Assembly (NCBI GenBank): GCA_005223145.1
Contig: NJBL01000002.1
Location: 3,541 to 67,540, forward strand
Source of the DNA: a bacterium (candidate division B38) B3_B38
GTDB lineage: Bacteria; Acidobacteriota; B3-B38; Guanabaribacteriales; B3-B38
Length of the DNA stretch: 64,000 bases
Reading direction: 5' to 3'
How positions within the stretch are numbered: position 1 is the first letter of the stretch; each line of letters begins with the position of its first letter. The notes beneath the pieces are model-generated. The model made no database searches. It was not told where the DNA came from and saw nothing but the letters and a program-made list of their open reading frames with translations. Shown piece by piece: positions 10,244 to 20,132 of this stretch. Position numbers and translations under genes: made by a program.

Positions 10244-12343
10244 TCAGAATTTCACCAGACCTATTTTCTGCAGGTCTTCGGCAAAGTGAAGGACGAACTC
10301 TATATCTGTCTCGTCGAATTCGCAGGATACAATATGTCTGATATCCAGGAGGGTACGCTTACCGTCCATCAGGTTTACGATTTCGTAAGTCTTGGAACCG
10401 TAGGCACCTCCAGCTTTCTGCCTGTTTTCCGCATACCACTTATTACTTTCTTCATCGAGCTTCTCCCTCAGGTAGTTCCAGGGCAGAGGACCCTGGAAAA
10501 GCCTCTGGGGCTTAAGGGAAGAGGCTTTTTTATATAAATCGGTAGGGCGGAATTCCTCTTTCTTTAAATTGTATTGACGGGTCAAGAGGTCGTATATTAG
10601 CTTTATTTTTTCCTTTTCGCTGGCGACCTGACGGTATATATCTTTAGCCAGCTCATCAATAATCTTTCTGCTTGCTTGTTTATCACAGAGTTCCGTTACC
10701 TCCCTTAAGTTTGTCGACTCGATACCAGCCTGAACATGAGGATAGTTGATTATGTTGAAGTAAAGCTCAGCTAAATGCTTGCTCTTTTCGGAGTCATAGA
10801 CGTATTGCTGAAGTAATCGAATGGATTTTTGGGTTCTCTCTACAATTCTCAGTATTGCCTGACTGTAAAGCTCACCAGCGATTTTTACCGCATCCTCATC
10901 ATCGGCGTTGGCTAAAAGGAGGGCGGCTGCCAGAGAGAGACTGATTATCCTCTTCATCTCCGTGGGGTCGCACTTATCGGGAGTATCCAGGCTGCTATGA
11001 TGAAAGACATCGCCGTGACCCAGCATGGGCGTGGGGATGGAAAAAGCGGAGTCGTTAAACATGATGTGGTCTGAGCCTCCACTATAGGGATTGATGCGGA
11101 AATTGAAGCGGTATCTGCTTCCCCGCGGAGAATAGAATACGCCTCCATCCAGCCAACCCAGCAGGTTAATAAGAACATCATTGATATAGCCAGGAACCGA
11201 ATAGGGAGAGCAAGTCAGGTTGAAGTTCGCCTGGCAGAGGGCATAATCCTCGCCAATCATATCCAGGTTCAACCCGGCAATGCCCTTATCCTTGAGGTCT
11301 TGATGCTCAGTAAGATAGGCTGCTGCTCCGTGTATTTCGGGAAGCCAGAGAAAACGAAGGGTTCTCCTGGGAGGCGGAATCTCTCCCCTGCTGACCAGAG
11401 CCAGGATGTTTCTCACCATCTCCACCATACCGGCTGAACCCGAGGCGTTGTCGTTGGCTCCGGGCTTATAATGGTCGAGGTGCCCCATGATGATAATCTC
11501 CTGGGAAGGATGTTCACTTCCGGTTATCTTAGCTTCGAGCACTGCCATCTCGCCGTCGAAAAGCTCAGCGTCCACCCTGGCCCGCATGGTTACCTTTTCC
11601 CCTGCTTTAAAGAGAGAAACAAGTTCCTTCTCCTGCCTTCTGGATAAGGCGAAGCCAAAGCCAGTCTTTTCTCTTTCCTCTCCAGTGGGTGAGAGGCGGC
11701 TGACCTCTATTAAATCGGGGTACGGAAGACGGTTCTCTCTATCCGAAGGTCCGACAATAACGCCACAAGCTCCTCTCTTTAAAACAGCTTGACGATGGAC
11801 CTGCGAGCCTCCGCCGCCGGTGGCGAAAACAAGCTTACCTTTGACATCTATATTTTTATAATTGGCGTCTGATTTCCCTCCGCCCACATAGATAACCTCA
11901 CTTTCCACCTCGCCACCCCGAGAGTAAGGCATCAGGCTCACCGCCTGGTCGGAATAGCGGGCGAGAAGCTTTTTGTAAGGTTCCACCAGCCATAATTCAG
12001 CCTCTTTCACTCGCCAGCCGACGAGGGAGTTCCAGAGGAAATATTTTTTGAAGCCGTCGGCTGTATATCTTTTAATAATGACCTCTTCAAGCCCCATTTT
12101 TTTCAACTCATTGGCCAGGTATTCAACGCAGCGATTGTAATCAGAGCCCTCTCCTCCGCCCCTTATACGGTGAAAGCGCGATATTTTGGAAACCATATCC
12201 CAGGCTCGCTCCCCTGAAACCTCGTTTTGAATAGCTTCTAACAGCTCCTTATCAAGGAGATAGGGGTTGTCCTGAGGATAGACAAACAGAGAACTGGAAA
12301 GAAAGAAGATGATGGTGAATAATAAAAGAATCCTTTTTACCAT
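10244..12343 (-). CDS. secreted M28-family zinc aminopeptidase with large C-terminal extension
   Basis: Signal peptide MVKRILLLFTIIFFLSSSLFV after RBS GGGAGG. M28 metal-ligand motifs MGHLDHY and GANDNASGSAG. Confidence 0.65.
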   Translation of the reverse strand: MVKRILLLFTIIFFLSSSLFVYPQDNPYLLDKELLEAIQNEVSGERAWDMVSKISRFHRIRGGGEGSDYNRCVEYLANELKKMGLEEVIIKRYTADGFKKYFLWNSLVGWRVKEAELWLVEPYKKLLARYSDQAVSLMPYSRGGEVESEVIYVGGGKSDANYKNIDVKGKLVFATGGGGSQVHRQAVLKRGACGVIVGPSDRENRLPYPDLIEVSRLSPTGEEREKTGFGFALSRRQEKELVSLFKAGEKVTMRARVDAELFDGEMAVLEAKITGSEHPSQEIIIMGHLDHYKPGANDNASGSAGMVEMVRNILALVSRGEIPPPRRTLRFLWLPEIHGAAAYLTEHQDLKDKGIAGLNLDMIGEDYALCQANFNLTCSPYSVPGYINDVLINLLGWLDGGVFYSPRGSRYRFNFRINPYSGGSDHIMFNDSAFSIPTPMLGHGDVFHHSSLDTPDKCDPTEMKRIISLSLAAALLLANADDEDAVKIAGELYSQAILRIVERTQKSIRLLQQYVYDSEKSKHLAELYFNIINYPHVQAGIESTNLREVTELCDKQASRKIIDELAKDIYRQVASEKEKIKLIYDLLTRQYNLKKEEFRPTDLYKKASSLKPQRLFQGPLPWNYLREKLDEESNKWYAENRQKAGGAYGSKTYEIVNLMDGKRTLLDIRHIVSCEFDETDIEFVLHFAEDLQKIGLVKF

Positions 12344-12463
12344 TTTTAAACCTCCCTGCAATAAAGGTTTCAATCTATGGGGATAAATACTTTGTAATTC
12401 ACCACTCCTTCAGTTTGAGGACTTAAACGGCAAGTCTGCTGTCACATCTACCTTTTAAGATAT

Positions 12464-13744
12464 TTACCTGCTTAACTTTTTCTCAAATTTATTTGAAACC
12501 TCAATACCTGACAAATCTGTAAGCACTTTTAAAAACTGTTCTGTCGATTTCACCTTATTTATTATCAGTCGTTTTAATAACTGCAGAAAATTATCATTAC
12601 CAATTTCTGCTTCCAGTTCGTGAAGTAAAATACAACCTTTATCATACAAGACAGTAGAGGCATTTTCATCCATTCTGTCTATTCCCTTAATCGCAGGCAT
12701 ATTTTTAGATTTTTGGCGCTTAGCTTGTATCAAATCTTTAAATGTTTCGTTTCCGAATTTCTCTCTGACAGCCATTAATGCAGAATACTCAGCAAATGAT
12801 TCATTAAGCCAATCTTCCCAGGTATTAGTAGGAGCATTAAGCCACCAAATATGAGCAAATTCGTGAGCAATGTACCTGAAATAACCGATTTTGTTTTGGT
12901 AATAATCTTCATCTTCAAAATGATTAAAAACAACAAAACCCCTTCTGGCATAACCTCCGCCTATATTTCTTGGAGCAATAACAATCGAAGCCTTATATGC
13001 TTTGATATCACTAAACCATTCACCATAGTTGTCTAATATCCACAGACCTTGTTCCATCATATCAACTGCGGTAGAATCACTCGTAGCAGTGTAACTTATA
13101 TCCATACTCAAACCATTTCTTTGGTTCTTTTTCGTATGAATTTCTTTAGCTGCCATTATGATAATATCATTTGTAGGATTTTCCTGTGAAACCTGCCAAT
13201 AATCGTCCAATTTTTTTGTCTTGCCCATACCAATAATTTGATATTCTGGGTCGATTTTTACATCCACGATATATGTGAAGTTTTCAATTGCAGGCTGATA
13301 AGGAAACCAGGGAGTATACATACCCAGCTCTATCCATTCTTTCGTTATACGATTTATCTCCCATTGCGTTACAACTCCTATTTTCCCGACATATTGCAAA
13401 TTGATTTGTAGCGCTTCGCCTTTTTGTAGTGGTTTGCTCAAGTGAATCGTAAGCGTACCTGCTTCTGGTGTAAAAGGGAAAGCACAGGGATCTTCTGTAT
13501 TAAATGTGTATTCAACAAGATTTTTACATGTTAGAGTTTCAATGGAAAGATTTCTATGAAGATAAAATGTTAAAATGTCAACCCGTTCTTTTTTGGCATA
13601 GTAGGTTAAATCAACATTAGCATTGAGCAGCTGCCTATTTACATCGAGTTTGAGATCAATTTTATAAAAACTGGTGCCAGTTTTCTCTGTAACAAAACAA
13701 CTGGTCAATATAATTAACAGCAGTAAGCAGAATGTCCATCTCAT
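12464..13744 (-). CDS. gluzincin metallopeptidase, M1 aminopeptidase-like (short form), lipoprotein or secreted
   Basis: HEFAHIWW...WLNESFAEY gives HExxH-(18)-E spacing typical of M1. N-terminus MRWTFCLLLLIILTSC has a signal sequence with lipobox-like LTSC. Start moved to the internal Met at 13744. Confidence 0.55.
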   Translation of the reverse strand: MRWTFCLLLLIILTSCFVTEKTGTSFYKIDLKLDVNRQLLNANVDLTYYAKKERVDILTFYLHRNLSIETLTCKNLVEYTFNTEDPCAFPFTPEAGTLTIHLSKPLQKGEALQINLQYVGKIGVVTQWEINRITKEWIELGMYTPWFPYQPAIENFTYIVDVKIDPEYQIIGMGKTKKLDDYWQVSQENPTNDIIIMAAKEIHTKKNQRNGLSMDISYTATSDSTAVDMMEQGLWILDNYGEWFSDIKAYKASIVIAPRNIGGGYARRGFVVFNHFEDEDYYQNKIGYFRYIAHEFAHIWWLNAPTNTWEDWLNESFAEYSALMAVREKFGNETFKDLIQAKRQKSKNMPAIKGIDRMDENASTVLYDKGCILLHELEAEIGNDNFLQLLKRLIINKVKSTEQFLKVLTDLSGIEVSNKFEKKLSR

Positions 13745-14103
13745 TGGAATCTCACCCGTTATATTTTTAAATTTCGGATGATGTTCCTGGGCTTTGCGAA
13801 GCTGACGCAGGCAGTGTGGGCGTAGGGAGTGAGCCGCTAAGCCAGGATTATCTGTCATTTGCCACAAAGTTACGACTCCTTACCTCGTAGCGCACTTACA
13901 AGTCCAGCCAATACAGCGCCAAAGAGGGCTACTTTAAACGCAGTGCACCAAGATATTGACCCTGCTATCAAGATTTGCTTAACAGCTCTCTTATATGGCT
14001 TTAAGATTTATGACCTAATTATCTGCTTCTAAAGCTATTTTCGATTCCCACGGTATCGCCACTCGGGCTTTTTCAATCCGTTGCGGGAATTTTCGCTGGC
14101 TGG

Positions 14104-15324
14104 TTAGGTGATTTTTTTGATTTCTTGAGAGAATTTCTTGTATTCCCCTGAGGCTAAGATTGCATCAATCTCCCTGAATAAGGTTTCTATCTCCTCGTCC
14201 CTGGTGTAAAAGTGGGGTCCCACCCTGATTACATCGGGCTCTTTGTCTCCTCCCTTTCTGAAATCAACCTTAATCCCTCTTTTCTCTAAGGCTTGCTTGA
14301 CGGGAAATGTATGCGGAAAACCGACGGAGACAGCTCCTCCCCTCAAATTATTTTCCTCTGGCGTGAAGAGGCTGAATCCTCTCTCTCTGGCTTTGTTAAT
14401 AATCATCTCTGTCTGGTGAAGGGATTTCTGTCGCATCTGAGAGATACCTATTTTCTTGATGATATGCAGCCCAGCCAGAGCTGTATAAAGACAAGGCACA
14501 GGAGGAGTTCCTGACATGAACCTGTAAGAGCTCTGAACATATTCCATTTTCTGGGCGAAGAGAAAGGGATGCTGATGGGCAAACCAGCCTGTCAATTGGG
14601 GTTTAAGGTTGGAAGTTAACTCTGGCCTGACATATAAAAAAGCATTCCCGGGACCACCGCAGAGCCACTTCAAACAGCCGCCAATGTAGAAATCGACATC
14701 AAGCTGTTTCACATCTACCGGAAGAGTACCAGGAGCATGATAGCCGTCGATGAGAGTCAATGCCCCCATCTGGCGAGCTCTGGCAGCAATTTGGGAAATA
14801 TCCTGAACATACGCTGATTTGAAATAGACATGGGAAGTGGCGACAAAAAGGGTTTTTTCATCAATATTCTTTACAATGTCATTTACATCAATCCCTGGCT
14901 GCCCGTGACTTTTGATTACCTCAAGCTCCCATCCCATACATTGTGCAATCTTAGAGACAGCATAGAGTATAGAGGGAAAATCGTGGTCTGTCATGATAAT
15001 CTTGTTTCTTTTGTTTTTTGGGGACGAAAACATGGTCGATAGTGCTACCCAATGGCTGACCGTGGCATTGGTCATCATGGTCACTTCATCCTTACCTGCA
15101 CCGATAAGAGAAGCAACTTGATTACCGACCCTGCGAGAAAGGTCCCACCATTCCTTCTCCCAGGCACCCACACCATCCTCAGCCCACAACTGGTAATATT
15201 TTTTAAGAACTTCCAGAGCCTGTCTTGGAACAGCGCCTAAAGAATTGCTGATGAGGTAGACGCTTCGGGCTAAAATAGGGAATTCATTCCGTATTGAGTC
15301 TAAATCCCGGTTTAAGTCCCACAT
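14104..15324 (-). CDS. kynureninase-like PLP-dependent hydrolase (aminotransferase class V fold)
   Basis: N-terminal FP...VYLISNSLGAVP resembles the kynureninase (I)YLDGNSLG motif. Length of 406 aa fits. Confidence 0.5.
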   Translation of the reverse strand: MWDLNRDLDSIRNEFPILARSVYLISNSLGAVPRQALEVLKKYYQLWAEDGVGAWEKEWWDLSRRVGNQVASLIGAGKDEVTMMTNATVSHWVALSTMFSSPKNKRNKIIMTDHDFPSILYAVSKIAQCMGWELEVIKSHGQPGIDVNDIVKNIDEKTLFVATSHVYFKSAYVQDISQIAARARQMGALTLIDGYHAPGTLPVDVKQLDVDFYIGGCLKWLCGGPGNAFLYVRPELTSNLKPQLTGWFAHQHPFLFAQKMEYVQSSYRFMSGTPPVPCLYTALAGLHIIKKIGISQMRQKSLHQTEMIINKARERGFSLFTPEENNLRGGAVSVGFPHTFPVKQALEKRGIKVDFRKGGDKEPDVIRVGPHFYTRDEEIETLFREIDAILASGEYKKFSQEIKKIT

Positions 15325-15793
15325 TGTCTCTGTCTAAAAGTAATCTTGAGCAGTAAATGCTAAAAGGGCATAAGGGGTTATTTTATTGATAGACAACAGG
15401 CTTTGGCAGTTTCTGCTCATTTTTCTTCACTTCGCTATTTTTAGAATATACCACGGGAAAAGTGGTATATCAAGTGAGTATTGATGCGGGGAAATTAAAG
15501 TGAATTAATTACACTTCGATTATGTAGATTTGGTTATGCCAATATCCGCTAATCACCTTTTAAGGGATACTTTAAACAAATTGTTTAAATTTGACAATCT
15601 AACTCATTATTTCTCAGGGATAATTTTATTTTTAAAAGTTCACTTCTTAAGTTGTTTTCCCTGCCACCCTTCAGACAACAATCCTCCCCATCCCTATCGG
15701 TGATGCTCTCTGGCAGAAAAATATCACCCGCTGCGTTTTTTGATTCTAAAAGGAGCTTTGTCTTGCTATAATGTATGCACGGCAAGGGGCTAA

Positions 15794-17143
15794 ATGGGAA
15801 AAAAGAGCCGAACAATAATGATTATCTTATTGGCTTTCTTACTCCTCATCGTCATCGGAGTGGTATGGTTTCTCAGATGGACTAATCCCGACTTTGCCTC
15901 CAGCCTTGAAGGGGTCAAGCGCAATCAGGTCACCAGGAAGCTGATCATCTGTGTGGATGGGGTCCCCTGGCGAACTATAAACCAGTTGTGGGAAAAAGGG
16001 CATTTTAAAGCCTTCCACCGACCGAGCAAGGTGATAGTCGCTTTTCCCACTATGACCAATGTTACTTCTACCGTTATATGGAACGCCAGCAGGGTCGCCG
16101 GGTATGAGAGCGCCTATTTCGACAAGGAGAAGAACCTCATGGTCAGCGGGGTCGGCAAGTATCTCCACAAAAGGGTCATCGAACCGGGAGACTTTCATCA
16201 GCACTTCGATTATCTGGAACCTATCCCCTATGAATCCACCACCTATGTGCTCCCCAGAAGAATCTGCAAATCCGATTTAAAACGATTCATAGAAGCATAC
16301 AGCATCTCAGAAAAGGAGGAATTCTGCACCTTTATAAAATCGACCGACGGCATGATGCACATATTGGGAAAGGAGGGAGCAGAAGAAATTCTCCTCGTTA
16401 TTGATGACATGCTGGATAAGATTTACCATTCCCGCAAGGATGATATGGAAATAATGCTATTCTCAGACCACGGCTTTAACTTTGCTAAAAGCCGGAGGGT
16501 TAAATTGAAGTCCCTTCTTAAATCCAGTGGCTTTGATGTGAGAAACGACCTTCGGAATGAGAAAAGTGTCGTACTTCCAAGCTTTGGGTTGGTTGGTTTC
16601 GCTGCCATTTACACAGCAGAGGATAACAAGAGAAAGATAGCCCAGCAGGTACCGGCCCTGGAAGGGGTAGATTTCTCCGCTTATCGTAAAGACGATGCTC
16701 TTCATATCTTCGGTCAGGAGGGTGAAGCGAAGATACTCAAGAAGACGGTCAACCATACCGAGCTGTATAAATATGAGATAATCACCGGCGACCCCTTATC
16801 ATACAAAGACATCTTAGAGAGTCTTACACGCCTTGGAAAGGCTGACAAAGAGGGATATATTCCCGATTCCGATTGGTTTGAAGCAACGAAGGACCATCCC
16901 TATGTCGATGCCCTAAATCGCCTCTACCAGGCTTTCAGCGGTCAGGTGGAATCTGAAGCTGACATTCTCATCTCTCTGAAGGACGGCTATTTCCACGGAA
17001 ATGCCCTCTTCTCCGTAATCGCTACCATTTTAGGAACCCATGGCAGCCTGCTGGATACTAACAGTGTGGGTTTCTTTATGAGCACCGCCAAAGAGGCGCC
17101 CTCTCATATCAGGGACAATCAGCTTATTGATTATCTCAAATAA
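15794..17143 (+). CDS. alkaline-phosphatase-superfamily enzyme, nucleotide pyrophosphatase/phosphodiesterase-like, membrane-anchored
   Basis: N-terminal TM anchor. ICVDGV and FPTMTNVTST correspond to the DG(x) and FPTxT metal/nucleophile motifs of the type I phosphodiesterase/NPP family. Confidence 0.55.
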   Translation: MGKKSRTIMIILLAFLLLIVIGVVWFLRWTNPDFASSLEGVKRNQVTRKLIICVDGVPWRTINQLWEKGHFKAFHRPSKVIVAFPTMTNVTSTVIWNASRVAGYESAYFDKEKNLMVSGVGKYLHKRVIEPGDFHQHFDYLEPIPYESTTYVLPRRICKSDLKRFIEAYSISEKEEFCTFIKSTDGMMHILGKEGAEEILLVIDDMLDKIYHSRKDDMEIMLFSDHGFNFAKSRRVKLKSLLKSSGFDVRNDLRNEKSVVLPSFGLVGFAAIYTAEDNKRKIAQQVPALEGVDFSAYRKDDALHIFGQEGEAKILKKTVNHTELYKYEIITGDPLSYKDILESLTRLGKADKEGYIPDSDWFEATKDHPYVDALNRLYQAFSGQVESEADILISLKDGYFHGNALFSVIATILGTHGSLLDTNSVGFFMSTAKEAPSHIRDNQLIDYLK

Positions 17144-17216
17144 TCAATGATAAAAAGGAGACATTGAGCAGCTCCATAGCTGGTGATGGAAACATCAACT
17201 CCCCGGGAGGACTAAT

Positions 17217-18245
17217 ATGAAAGACAGGAATATCTCGCGGAGAGGGTTTCTTACTCAATTGGTAGGCGGGATGGTCACCCTGGGAGCAGCAAAACTCCCC
17301 TTTCTTATCAGACCATTGACCCAATATCTGCCGCCAAGGAAGAGCCAGGGCAATCTGTTCACCAGGAACAAAAAGCCTCTGCTAATAGTGGTTAAAGGGA
17401 ACGATGCGGAACTTATGCTGGCTAAAGGGATGCAGGCCTTAGGCGGGATGGAGGTGCTGAAGCGAAACAGCACCTCGGTAACCATCAAGCCGAACTTCGT
17501 TGCCCCCCAACCCTTCCCTGTGACCTCTGACTTAGGGATGATAGCATCGCTGGTCGAATATCTCCGCAAAGGAGGAATGTCAAACATAACCCTCTGCGAA
17601 ATTTCTACTATCTCCCAGCGAGGAAATTTGCCGGAGAGAAAGTTTGAGACCCTGGGAGTATTTAAAGCTGCCAATGAAATGGGAATTCCACTCCTCCTGG
17701 GGAAGCTGGATGAGAAGGATGACCACATATTTACCTTCAACCAGCGCTGGCAGAGGGGTAAAGAGATAGGCATCCATAAGTTTATCTACCACTCCCCCCT
17801 CATCATCAGCACCTCAGTGCTGAAGAGACATCTCCCCGGCTGGATGAGCGCTGCTCTGAAGAATAACTTTATCGCCTACGGGCCCCACCGCTGGTATGCT
17901 CACCAGTGGTCAAGTAAGGGTGACGAAGGGATAAGATATTTCGACCACACCATAGCCGAGTTCGCCGATGCTATCCGACCGGAGCTGACCATTATTGATG
18001 CCCGCTCCATATTGACCAAAAGAGGTCCCACTCTGGGTTATGGAGCAGAGGTAAGAAGCGGTGTCAATCTGCTCATCCTGGGAGGGGATATGGTAGCCAT
18101 CGACTCCTACTGCGGAAGAATAATGGAGCAATACGATGATACCTTTAAGTTCAGGATGATAGAGCCCTGCCTCTCTTATGCCGAAAGCCTTGGGCTGGGA
18201 ACAGCGGACTTGAGCAAAGTGGAAATAATTGAGCTGGAAACATAA
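17217..18245 (+). CDS. Tat-signal protein, DUF362-like
   Basis: Twin-arginine motif SRRGFLTQLVGG. VTIKPNFV resembles the DUF362 KPNlv motif. Confidence 0.45.
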   Translation: MKDRNISRRGFLTQLVGGMVTLGAAKLPFLIRPLTQYLPPRKSQGNLFTRNKKPLLIVVKGNDAELMLAKGMQALGGMEVLKRNSTSVTIKPNFVAPQPFPVTSDLGMIASLVEYLRKGGMSNITLCEISTISQRGNLPERKFETLGVFKAANEMGIPLLLGKLDEKDDHIFTFNQRWQRGKEIGIHKFIYHSPLIISTSVLKRHLPGWMSAALKNNFIAYGPHRWYAHQWSSKGDEGIRYFDHTIAEFADAIRPELTIIDARSILTKRGPTLGYGAEVRSGVNLLILGGDMVAIDSYCGRIMEQYDDTFKFRMIEPCLSYAESLGLGTADLSKVEIIELET

Positions 18246-18309
18246 GCTGGGAGCTATCCACATGGCGAAGATAGGCTTAAGGATAACCTAAACCAAAGGA
18301 GGTTATATT

Positions 18310-18870
18310 ATGGGAAAGAGGCTATTTAAGGCAGCAACCCTTTTAGCTCTGTTTCTTATTGTCCCAGGTGCTATGCTTTTCGGGGTGCAGGAAAAGAAGG
18401 CAGAAAAGCCACTAATTGCGGTGAAGATAAAAACCACTACTCCGATGAGCATTGCCTACCTGGAGCATAAGGGTTCCTACTCGGAACTGACACCGGTATT
18501 TAACAAAGTGATGAGCTATGCCATGCAGAAAAACCTGGAATTAGCAGGACCCCCGGTAGGAATTTACTACGACGACCCTGCTCAGGTGCCCGCCTCCGAA
18601 TTACGCTGTGAGATCGGAGTGCAGGTAAAGGGTAAGCCGGAGGTGGACCCGCCGTTCAGGGTAAAGGAGATACCTTCCCAAGAGGTAGGCTACGCATTGC
18701 TCAAGGGACCCTATGAGAAAATCGTCCTTCACTATCAAGAAATCATCAACTCCCTGATGGCACAAGGCTACAAGATAGTCGGTCCCATCATCGAAATTTA
18801 TCGTGTCAGTGGACCGAACGTACAACCCGAAGAATACCTGACCGAGGTTTGGTTCCCCGTAGCAAAATAA
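18310..18870 (+). CDS. GyrI-like small-molecule-binding domain protein
   Basis: Signal peptide, then a roughly 150-aa domain with the duplicated pattern typical of GyrI-like / AraC effector-binding fold proteins. Confidence 0.45.
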   Translation: MGKRLFKAATLLALFLIVPGAMLFGVQEKKAEKPLIAVKIKTTTPMSIAYLEHKGSYSELTPVFNKVMSYAMQKNLELAGPPVGIYYDDPAQVPASELRCEIGVQVKGKPEVDPPFRVKEIPSQEVGYALLKGPYEKIVLHYQEIINSLMAQGYKIVGPIIEIYRVSGPNVQPEEYLTEVWFPVAK

Positions 18871-18888
18871 AGCTCCCGGAAGCGAGAA

Positions 18889-19098
18889 CTACTTTCTCCC
18901 GTGCACGGAGAGAAAGCGGTTCAAAGAGCGGTCGTAGGTTCGCTCCACATCATCGGGAAAAAAGCAAGCGGGAAGCTCTCTCATTTGCCAGTGGTATTGA
19001 ATACACTGACAGCAGAATCCTTTGCGGCTGCATGGCTCATAAGTGCAATTGCACCGCTGGCGGTTGGTCTGAAAAATGTCACACTCTTGCTGTCCCAT
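18889..19098 (-). CDS. cysteine-rich small domain protein
   Basis: Dense Cys pattern ECD...[30 protein letters not shown] 7 nt upstream of the chosen Met. The overlapping plus-strand ORFs lack comparable features. Confidence 0.45.
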   Translation of the reverse strand: MGQQECDIFQTNRQRCNCTYEPCSRKGFCCQCIQYHWQMRELPACFFPDDVERTYDRSLNRFLSVHGRK

Positions 19099-19231
19099 AA
19101 TCGGCTCCTTGCTCACAAATGTGGTTTTCTCGAAATCGGCAACAAGAAAGGAGGCTACCCACCACCTTCAAAGATAACCATCTTAACTACCCATTTTCCA
19201 ACCTTTATATTATAAGGTTTAAATCTTAGAT

Positions 19232-19525
19232 ATGTCTACCAGGAAAACAGATTATCACCCGGCAAGCACCTGTTTTCGCTGCGGAAAATATCTCCGCCCC
19301 GGAGGGCTGAAATATCGGGTGGATATAACCATCACCTCGGCTTTCAATGGTGTAATAGACGAGCACTACGAGGAGGGAGAAATGGAGAAGCTGGCAGAAG
19401 AAATAAAGCGAATGGACCCCGAAGAACTGGAAAAAGAGGTCTACCAGGAGCTAATAATCACCCTGTGTAAAGATTGCCGTGAGGGATTAATTGACTATCT
19501 CAGCGAAGCTGAAGAATTACATTAG
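19232..19525 (+). CDS. small zinc-ribbon-like hypothetical protein
   Basis: Two CxxC pairs: CFRCGK near the N-terminus and CKDCRE near the C-terminus. Acidic middle region. Confidence 0.35.
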   Translation: MSTRKTDYHPASTCFRCGKYLRPGGLKYRVDITITSAFNGVIDEHYEEGEMEKLAEEIKRMDPEELEKEVYQELIITLCKDCREGLIDYLSEAEELH

Positions 19526-19959
19526 CCCGGCTTCTTCCTTACCCAGGTTTTATCCTGCTCCAGTATGTGGACCACCACCCATCCCTTCTCCTCAAGGGCC
19601 TGGGCGATAAAGCGGCGATGACATCTCCAGGGAAACCGCTCGGCACATAGCAGAGTGGTGGTAAATCTATTCGCCCATCGCATCACTTCGTTAACTCCAT
19701 CTTGAAATCCCTGGGTCTGCGTATAGCTCTGATACCCTCCCCGGCGATACCCCCCCAGCTGCTCACCCATATAGAGATATTCAATCCCTGAGGCTTTAAG
19801 GAAATGGGATAGATTGTCCTTATTAAAATGCTCCAGCTTGCTCACAGGAAAGCGGCGCACATCTATCACCAGCTGGATATTATAGCTTTTTATCAGCTCG
19901 AGAAACTCCTCCTCGGAGCGAAGGCTGCTGCCCAGCGTATAAATAATCTTATTGTCCAA
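19522..19959 (-). CDS. DUF488 family protein
   Basis: Conserved CAERFPWRCHRRFIA motif characteristic of DUF488. Confidence 0.55.
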   Translation of the reverse strand: MDNKIIYTLGSSLRSEEEFLELIKSYNIQLVIDVRRFPVSKLEHFNKDNLSHFLKASGIEYLYMGEQLGGYRRGGYQSYTQTQGFQDGVNEVMRWANRFTTTLLCAERFPWRCHRRFIAQALEEKGWVVVHILEQDKTWVRKKPG

Positions 19960-20132
19960 TATAAAGGCTCCTCCTCTACAATCCTCTAATTAGGGGAATC
20001 TTGAAATAAAAATGGAATATCTGATGGCACCATCTTTTCTCAGCAAATGACGGAGAGGTGTTCATCCAAACTAAATAAGAAAATCCTCTGACCGGCGAAC
20101 TGTCAGATTGCAGGCAAGGGAGGGGGGGATAA

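Noticed and set aside
14055-14095. tRNA-like TTCGATTCC…GCCA segment in the intergenic region between the M1 peptidase and kynureninase genes
   Set aside because: No complementary T-stem or acceptor-stem partners and no D-arm consensus. It is an isolated T-loop-like heptamer only.
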